Shown here piece by piece: positions 6,801-12,668 of a stretch of DNA of 12,668 nt; the first letter of the stretch is position 1, and every line of letters begins with the position of its first letter. The notes under the pieces were generated by a model. That model searched no databases. It was not told the origin of the DNA and worked only from the letters and a program-made list of their open reading frames with translations. The translations under genes were made by a program, and so were the position numbers. The stretch is from Azolla caroliniana (taxonomy: Eukaryota; Plantae; Polypodiophyta), in contig JBHGNT010001045.1 in the NCBI GenBank assembly GCA_043228905.1, positions 1-12,668 on the forward strand, given 5' to 3'.

Positions 6801-9800
6801 GGATATAATTGGATATCATATGCGTTCATTATTGGGGCATTGTAAATTTTTGTAACCTCAATACTGAAGCATGTTGATTTAAATGCCAAAAATAAAATAA
6901 ACTGCCAACTAATCAAACATTCATATTAATTATATTGAGATGGTATTAAATTAGGCAAAATTAATGAAAGTGTTTATTTCATATGGTTAGAATCTTTAGT
7001 TTATGAAGCTGCTATTTGCAGTTAATAAAATATCTGTCCTCGCTTTTTTTAAAAATAAACCACATTGTCTTTTAGAATTTCAGTGGACACATTCCACACC
7101 AACGTTTTTACAATTAGTATTTCTCAAAAAAAATACCGTAATGGAATTAATTATATTTTTGCTGTCAACAATAAAAAAAGAACTAAGTTCTCCTTCAGGG
7201 GTGATGAAAATAAATGTGTATTTAGGTAAAATAACAATAAAATTGTACCTGAAATGAGGGTCTTAAGTGTACTTCGTAACTTATACATTGCGGGTTCAAA
7301 CCTGGTTGTATCCATCATGGGTAGGAACTCGTATGCTCACATTGTGTGTTCATGTTGAGCTGTATCTTTAGTGGTCAAAGGAACCAACGTGTGGTTCAGA
7401 CTCTTGCCCTTCAAGTAAGATGTTTGCAATTCAACTTCTCTCCCGTTTGAGAAAGTAAACACCAAAGCAAGAAGAAATGTCTTCCCTTGGATATCGTGGA
7501 AGAGTTTCCTACTGAAGCGCATTCACCTACATTTTCCTATACACAGACATGCATAATTTGTGAAGCTCAAAATGTTATTGTCTTGTAATAGTACAGCTTT
7601 GCTATTTTTTCTCGTTCAGAATGACATGCATTCCGAATTTCTATACCAATAGTGGTATCGTGGCTAGTGCAGGTTATAGATGTGAAATCTTGTTAATAGA
7701 AAAGAATGGCAATCTGTGTCCCTTTTCCAGTCAAGGATATCATAGATGAGATTCATGCTGAAGTGCATTAACATCATTTTCTCATACAGAAACACAAGAT
7801 TTGTGAAGCTCAAAATGTTTTCATCTTGGATACGTACATCTTAGCTATTTTTTCATAAAAAGAGACATGGATTCCGAATTTCTATACCAATTGTAGTATC
7901 ATAGTTAGCACAGCTTGTAGATGCCAAACATTGTTAGTAAAAAGGAATAGCAATCTGTTTCCTTTTTCCAATATTATTGTCTTGTCATGGTACGTCTTTG
8001 CTATTTTTTCTCGTTCAGAATGACATGGATTCCTAATTTCTATACCAATGGTAGTATCATGGCTAGTGCAGGTTATAGGTGCCAATCTTGTTAGTAAAAA
8101 AGTATGGCAATCTGTGTCCCTTTTCCAATCAAGGATATCATAGATGAGATTCATGCTGAAGTGCATTAACATCAGTTTCTAATACACACACAAAACTCCT
8201 GAAGCTCAAAATGTTTTTTAATCTTGTAAAAGTACATCTTAGCTATTTTTGTCATAAAAAGAGACATGGATTCCGAATTTCTATACCAGTATAGTATCAT
8301 GGTTATAGGTGCCAATCTTGTTAGTAAAAAAGAATGGCAATCTGTGTCCCTTTTCCAATCAAGGATATCATAGATGAGATTCATGCTGAAGTGCATTAAC
8401 ATCATTTTCTAATACACAAACACAAAACTCCTGAAGCTCAAAATGTTTTCTAATCTTGTAAAAGTACATCTTAGCTATTTTTGTCATAAAAAGAGACATG
8501 GATTCCGAATTTCTATACCAGTATAGTATCATGGTTAGTACAGCTTGTAGACGCCAAATATTGTTCCTAAAAAGGACTGGCAATCTGTTTCCTTTTTCCA
8601 ATCAAGGATTCGCTCCCACTTAAATTGATTTTTTACAGGAAAACTATTGAGAACTATGGATTGAATGAATTAGTTCTAAAGTCACTAGGTAACTGTATGG
8701 AAGCAGAGCCAGCTGAAGTTGAGGTGAAACTTTTCACATTTGGCATTGGGAATTATTTCACTGATTTTAAGAGTTTCTTTCTCATAGACATGATAGACCA
8801 AATGTTTTCTGCAGGCTAGGTATGAGATCCTACAGAAGGATGATGCATTAAGAAATGAATGTCTCCATCATGGAACTTATGATGAAGAGCTCAAAATCGA
8901 GAAGAACTCCATGACTGCCAAGTTCCTTCTTGATTATGAATCTGACAAGAGTATGGCTGGATTGAATACAAAAGAAATAGATGAAAACAATGATAAAGAT
9001 CTTAGTGCAGCAATGGATTCCTTTGATAACTTGTTTTGTCGACGATGTTTAGTAAGCACTCAGGCTCACTCGATCCTTTTTTCTTGTTTGTTTAACTGCC
9101 TAGTGAAGTGTGCATAGCTTTTGAATGTTGATCTGAAGAAATTTCTAGGAATCAATCCAATCTTACTTCAAACTTTGACTTATCCACTTATAAATTTGTT
9201 GTAGAATTCTATATAATCTAATATTGATGGTCTGCTTGTATCAGGTTTTTGATTGCCGATTACATGGTTGCTCTCAGACAGTTATTCAGCCTGTAAGGAT
9301 ACTTCACTTGTGTCTGAAATGCTGCCACATTTGTTTATTCTCTTCTTTTTTCATAGTGGATCACTTTCCATGGTTCATTGTTTCTTGTGCAGAGTGATAA
9401 GCAATCTCCATTGAACAACTTTGATGGATCTAGGGAACCTTGTGGTCCTGATTGTTATTTGTTGGTAAAACAGCTAACCTTGATAGCTTATGATTCTCCT
9501 AAGTTTATATGCATACTTTTTTTGTATTTTTTCACTGTGTGTTTTCTTTTTAAAGCTTTCAAGAGACTATTCTGTTTATGCTTGCATCCACATTAAAAAT
9601 TCAGCATATACTCAAATGGAAGAAATTTGTGTATCGATTTATAAGATTCAAATTTCTCGAAGTTTCTGCAATTTTTTTATAAAATACAAATTTATTAACT
9701 GAAGGTGGAAATTTATGCTCGTGTTGACATTAATAATAAACAGTCATATTTTATTTGGAACTTCACAGCTGGCAGATGGAGAGAGGATGAGATCTATGGA

Positions 9801-12668
9801 TGCTGCTGCAAATGAGGTCTGGACATATTTGCTGGAGAAGAAGGGATCATCATGGCCAACTCAAACGGGAGACAAGAAAGAAGACAAAGAAAAGACAAAG
9901 GCTGAGAAAGAAGTAGATGTTGCCAATGTTGAAGGCAGAGAAGTGACACAAAAGTATGAACCTATAAAGAAAGGAAGGAAGCCAAAGAAGAGCCCTAAGA
10001 GGAGAGCTGAAGAAGTCCTAGTGAATATTCGCAGAAAACAGAGTAAGGTAGCTGCAACTGATGCAGAGTATGCATCAAATACTGGTGAAAAACCATCCAA
10101 GCTTCGAGAGAGCTTGAGAACAGCCTGGAGGAAGAGTGGGAAGGCAATGAAAAAGCAAGACACTGCTGCAGGAACTGATATGATGAACAAGTCTCAAAAA
10201 CAAAATGAGCAGAACACTGTCGAAGAATCTAGTAAGCACTCCCTGAATGATGAATCTAAATCGATGAATCCAGCAGAAATCTTGAAATGGGCTAAACTGG
10301 AGAAGGGGCTCTATGAAAAGGGTCTTGAGATATTTGGTAAAAACAGGTATGCTTTGCTATCAGATAAAGTCTGATGGATAGTTCTTCATCTTGAGGCTAT
10401 AATTGGTCAATTTTTACGTGAACTCTAAGAATGTTTTATTGTGTTCATCCAATGTTGAAATGGGTGGTGCAATTGAAATAGGTGGAGTTGGGAATCAAGA
10501 TAGTCATGTAGGTGTAGGCGATGAAGCAAGAAAAATGTCTTACCTTACCTATTCCCTGGTATATATAAACATGTCTGAAGTTTGGCTCTTGTTATCTGTT
10601 GAGAATCAAACTCAACTTCCCTAGTGTGGGAACACACCTAGGAGCACCCGAGTGTGTGAACACCCACTACTTTGTAGCATAACTAATGTGTCATAGAACT
10701 TAACTCCTATGACACATAGTCAATAGGCAGTTAAGTCTCCACCTCTTTCTCAAGAGGTAGTGGTAGTAGTAAGAGAGTATAGAGAGAAGGTGACTACATC
10801 AGCGCCTTTTGCTCTTTTTTGTAACTGTTGGTTTTATTCTTCTTGTTAATATACAGTTTTCTAGTTTTCTGTATACCTTGTGTTCTCTCTCTCTCTCTCC
10901 CTCTCTCTCTCCCTCATACACACAAATACACATCTAATCTATTCCGCCTTACATAGTTACTCAACGTAATTATTTGCATTATCTAAGGAGAGGACATATG
11001 CACCTTATCTTACTAAATGTGAAACCTTACAAACTATTTATAAGAAATCTCAAAAGTTACATTCAAAAGCCTAGTCTTTGAGAAAGTACTACCTTGGAAC
11101 ATTAGTGTATGAGGGATCAAGGACCATATGATGCTTTGAGCTAGTGAAGATCTATAATCTTGCTACACTGTAGACTCTTAAGATGAATTTGCAAAACTAA
11201 GAATATTTCTGAGATACAAAACGTGAGCCTTTGATGCATGAAAGAAATTACTGTTGAAACGTAGAATGAGAATCTTTGACTATGTTAAGACGTTGAGATC
11301 ATGAAGAAGGCGACAGTAACTGCTTTATTAGACATGAAAGCTGCACCAAGTTTACATCACATGCATTGGGATGACACAGTCAAAATGACTGTTTACATAC
11401 TCAATAGCCTGCCTACTAAGGTTTTTGCAAACCTGAAATCTCTGTGCACCCAAATATGTTTCTTTCCAACTTTCATTTTCTTGTCTAAAGCATATAACCA
11501 TTAAGAAAAATCTAGAATATCAGAAATTAGGTCACTCAAATATTTTCCTTTTTATCTCACTATCTGAAAACTCCCTAAATTACACATAAATGCCTAAATG
11601 AAGCTTCACTTCATATATATATATATATGTGTGTGTGTCTAAACATATGAAATATTATGCTTTATGTTTTTATGCATTTCATTTTCTTTTGAAATAAAAT
11701 TGAACTTTGTCAAATTTGGTACACTCTTGTTATTAGGTACGTGTGAATTCATGAGATTAGTCTGGGGTGTTCTATGAACAATATTCGGATTATGTAATCC
11801 AACATTTCTTTATTCAAGAACTTGAATGGTGTTTAAGGTGATACACACTGTTTATCTCAGTTTCGGTTGCTGTTTATGATGGCAGCTGCTTGGTTGCACG
11901 CAACATGCTCAAAGGAATGAAGACATGCAAAGAAGTTGCAGAATATATTGCATACCAAGAAATGGCTGCTAAGTTCACAGCTGGCAATAGCCACAGTGGA
12001 CATGCTGGGCATGGGAAAGCATCTGAGCATGAGGATGGCTTGGTTGGAACTGTTTAATGCATGAAAACTTATTGATACAATGCCATGAAGAAAAGATTAC
12101 TGATACTGCTTCTTTCTGTTTGGAAAAATGGGCAGAATACAGAAGCCCGAACACGAACTCGATATTGGCAAAGGAGAGGTAGAGTACGGAGGCTTAAATA
12201 TACTTGGAAATCTGCTGGTCATCCTGCAATTAGGAAGCGTACAGTAGATTCAAAAGATCAACCTTGCAAGCAATATACACCCTGTACGTGCAAGTTCAGT
12301 TGTGGAAAGACATGTGCATGCATTCTTAATGGGACAAGCTGTGAGAAATACTGCGGGTATGAAATTCAATAATCAGTATATGCAGAAGAATCTGTAGTTT
12401 GATGCGTTGTCTGACATCTCTGCTTAGATCTATGATAGAAGCATCATATAGAAATTTAGTTTAATCATCGTAATTATGTGCATCGAAAGAGTATTTAAAA
12501 CCTTAGTTTTTCATTTATGTTTCAATGTGCCTTTTCATACCTCTAAGTAGACTTGCATTGCACTTGTGTATATATTTGGTTCCACATTGAACCTTTTTTT
12601 TTCTCTAGGTGCTCAAAAAGCTGCAAGAACAGATTCAGGGGTTGTCATTGTGCAAAAAGTCAATGTCG
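3747..12668 (+). CDS. CLF: CURLY LEAF-like Enhancer of zeste homolog, PRC2 histone H3K27 methyltransferase; spliced, 3'-partial. join(3747-3819?,4160-4233,5341-5451,5559-5896,5985-6146,8639-8723,8815-9051,9245-9292,9393-9464,9769-10346,11886-12042,12136-12356,12609->12668)
   Basis: Exons join in one frame with matching phases. Diagnostic plant E(z) motifs: PPYTTWIFLDRNQKMPEDQSVVGRRRIYYDQNGSEALICSDSEEE, DSFDNLFCRRCLVFDCRLHGCSQ, PCGPDCY, SANT KGLEIFGKNSCLVARNML, CLF-type RRGRVRRLKYTWKSAG, and CXC CEKYCGCSKSCKNRFRGCHCAKSQCR. About 709 codons lie in the window from ATG 4174. The start codon is uncertain (3747 or 4174). Confidence 0.95.
4160..4233 (+). CDS. CLF: CLF N-terminal exon; strong-context ATG at 4174 (MDIKSSSAGKRRDSFADFLQ)
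   Basis: Long T-rich tract plus CAG acceptor, aagATGG Kozak context, T-rich intron-like sequence after 4233. Joining in frame to 5341 needs a GC donor (CAG|GCGTGT). Confidence 0.6.
5341..5451 (+). CDS. CLF: CLF exon (QKKDDNEH...INRLKKQVDLYRIAYVK)
   Basis: TTTTAG acceptor, AAA|GTATGT donor, 37 codons. Resembles the conserved N-terminal helix of plant E(z) (I..LKKQ....R...VK). Confidence 0.85.
5559..5896 (+). CDS. CLF: CLF exon (MRMEINSEKIQ...PPYTTWIFLDR)
   Basis: AATCAG acceptor (in-frame alternative at 5525) and AG|GTAATA donor. Ends in the conserved PPYTTWIFLDR motif. Confidence 0.88.
5985..6146 (+). CDS. CLF: CLF exon, EZD1 region (NQKMPEDQSVVGRRRIYYDQNGSEALICSDSEEE...EDYILW)
   Basis: ACAG acceptor, TG|GTATGG donor, phase 2-2, highly conserved motif. 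Confidence 0.96.
7276..7315 (+). repeat. tRNA-derived B-box fragment related to the element at 2085-2154
   Basis: TACATTGCGGGTTCAAACC (7284-7302) versus TACATTGTGGGTTCGAAACC (reverse complement of 2098-2117). Confidence 0.4.
7489..8609. repeat. Intronic tandem array, five units of about 240 bp (one truncated), two alternating subtypes
   Basis: Marker GACATG.ATTCC.AATTTCTATACCA at 7623, 7864, 8022, 8263 and 8495 (spacings 241, 158, 241, 232). Unit-start GGATATC at 7489, 7735, 8133 and 8363. Confidence 0.96.
8639..8723 (+). CDS. CLF: CLF exon (KTIENYGLNELVLKSLGNCMEAEPAEVE)
   Basis: TTTTACAG acceptor, GAG|GTGAAA donor, phase 2-0, fits the first SANT-like segment. Confidence 0.92.
8815..9051 (+). 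CDS. CLF: CLF exon (ARYEILQK...DKDLSAAMDSFDNLFCRRCL)
   Basis: TCTGCAG acceptor, TTA|GTAAGC donor, 79 codons, EZD2/C5 motif. Confidence 0.96.
9245..9292 (+). CDS. CLF: CLF 48-bp exon (VFDCRLHGCSQTVIQP)
   Basis: TCAG acceptor, CCT|GTAAGG donor, conserved C5 motif. Confidence 0.96.
9393..9464 (+). CDS. CLF: CLF exon (SDKQSPLNNFDGSREPCGPDCYLL)
   Basis: TGCAG acceptor, TTG|GTAAAA donor, PCG..CY motif. Confidence 0.94.
9769..10346 (+). CDS. CLF: CLF large variable exon (charged linker, basic NLS-like KKGRKPKKSPKRRAE, start of SANT)
   Basis: CACAG acceptor, AG|GTATGC donor, open frame ending WAKLEKGLYEKGLEIFGKN. Confidence 0.93.
10597..10953 (+). mobile_element. LTR-like segment (probably Ty1/copia) within a CLF intron
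   Basis: Starts TGTTGAGAAT and ends ...ATTCCGCCTTACA (TG...CA). Internal hairpin and CT-rich tract; lies just upstream of copia integrase debris. No clean TSD or PBS, and an alternative end near 10966 is possible. Confidence 0.45.
10884..10915. repeat. Interrupted (CT)n microsatellite
   Basis: TCTCTCTCTCTCTCTCCCTCTCTCTCTCCCTC read directly. Confidence 0.9.
11090..11450 (+). mobile_element. Highly degraded Ty1/copia integrase remnant
   Basis: HWDDTVKMTVYILNSLPTKVFANLKS resembles the copia integrase W..A..TAVY..NRLPTK motif. Upstream broken frames give FLRYK..AFDA.KK and VKTLRS, resembling FLK.KSE.F..FK and IK.LRSD. Boundaries approximate. Confidence 0.7.
11613..11638. repeat. Compound (AT)n(GT)n microsatellite
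   Basis: ATATATATATATATATGTGTGTGTGT read directly. Confidence 0.9.
11886..12042 (+). CDS. CLF: CLF exon, SANT domain second half (SCLVARNMLKGMKTCKEVAEYI...EHEDGL)
   Basis: GGCAG acceptor, phase 2 matches the previous exon. The weak TTG|GTTGGA donor gives phase 0 to the next exon. Confidence 0.9.
12136..12356 (+). CDS. CLF: CLF exon, basic region and first CXC half (RRGRVRRLKYTWKSAG...CEKYCG)
   Basis: GGCAG acceptor, GG|GTATGA donor, CLF-type motif and cysteine spacing. Confidence 0.95.
12609..12668 (+). CDS. CLF: CLF exon, CXC continuation (CSKSCKNRFRGCHCAKSQCR), cut by the window edge
   Basis: Polypyrimidine tract plus TAG acceptor; strongly conserved plant E(z) CXC sequence. Confidence 0.96.
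   Translation, partial: MLKKLQEQIQGLSLCKKSMS

Noticed and set aside
6616-7257. AT-rich intronic ORFs 6616-6819 and 7003-7257
   Set aside because: I/F/L/K-biased translations typical of random AT-rich intron sequence.
7882-8601. Three similar minus-strand ORFs (77-96 aa) in the ORF track
   Set aside because: They are by-products of the tandem repeat; frames differ between units and no domain is recognisable.
7489-8609. Recurring ~26-bp conserved motif resembling CRISPR repeats
   Set aside because: The intervening sequences are homologous to each other and 130-215 bp long rather than unique spacers, the context is a eukaryotic intron, and there are no cas genes.
9861-10190. 109-aa minus-strand ORF
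   Set aside because: Antisense shadow of the purine-rich CLF exon.
12328-12356. Cys-to-Ser change in CXC (NGTSCEKYC versus the usual plant NGTCCEKYC) as a sign of lost function
   Set aside because: By recalled alignment this position matches the Phe of animal EZH2 (NFCEKFC), so it is probably not a zinc ligand; the other cysteines appear intact.

Overview
AT-rich eukaryotic (land-plant) genomic DNA, not prokaryotic. Left 2 kb: a 5'-truncated, lightly decayed non-LTR retrotransposon (LINE) ORF2 with reverse transcriptase on the minus strand, running off the left edge. About 2.0-3.7 kb: an intergenic/promoter zone with tRNA-like (Pol III box) fragments, a decayed divergent ORF, a (GA)16 tract and a 142-bp tandem duplication built from AT-rich palindromes. 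From about 3.7 kb to the right edge: a multi-exon plus-strand Enhancer-of-zeste gene of the CURLY LEAF type (PRC2 H3K27 methyltransferase). I assembled 12-13 exons in one frame with no stops (EZD1, EZD2/C5, SANT, start of CXC); the SET domain lies beyond the window. Its large introns hold a ~240-bp higher-order tandem array, another tRNA-like fragment, an LTR-like segment and Ty1/copia integrase debris. I see no clearly new biological system. The best leads are the reconstructable divergent pseudogene, the uORF/alternative start/GC-AG architecture at the 5' end of CLF, the A/B intronic array, and a possible tRNA-derived SINE family. All homology calls come from remembered motifs, not from searches.
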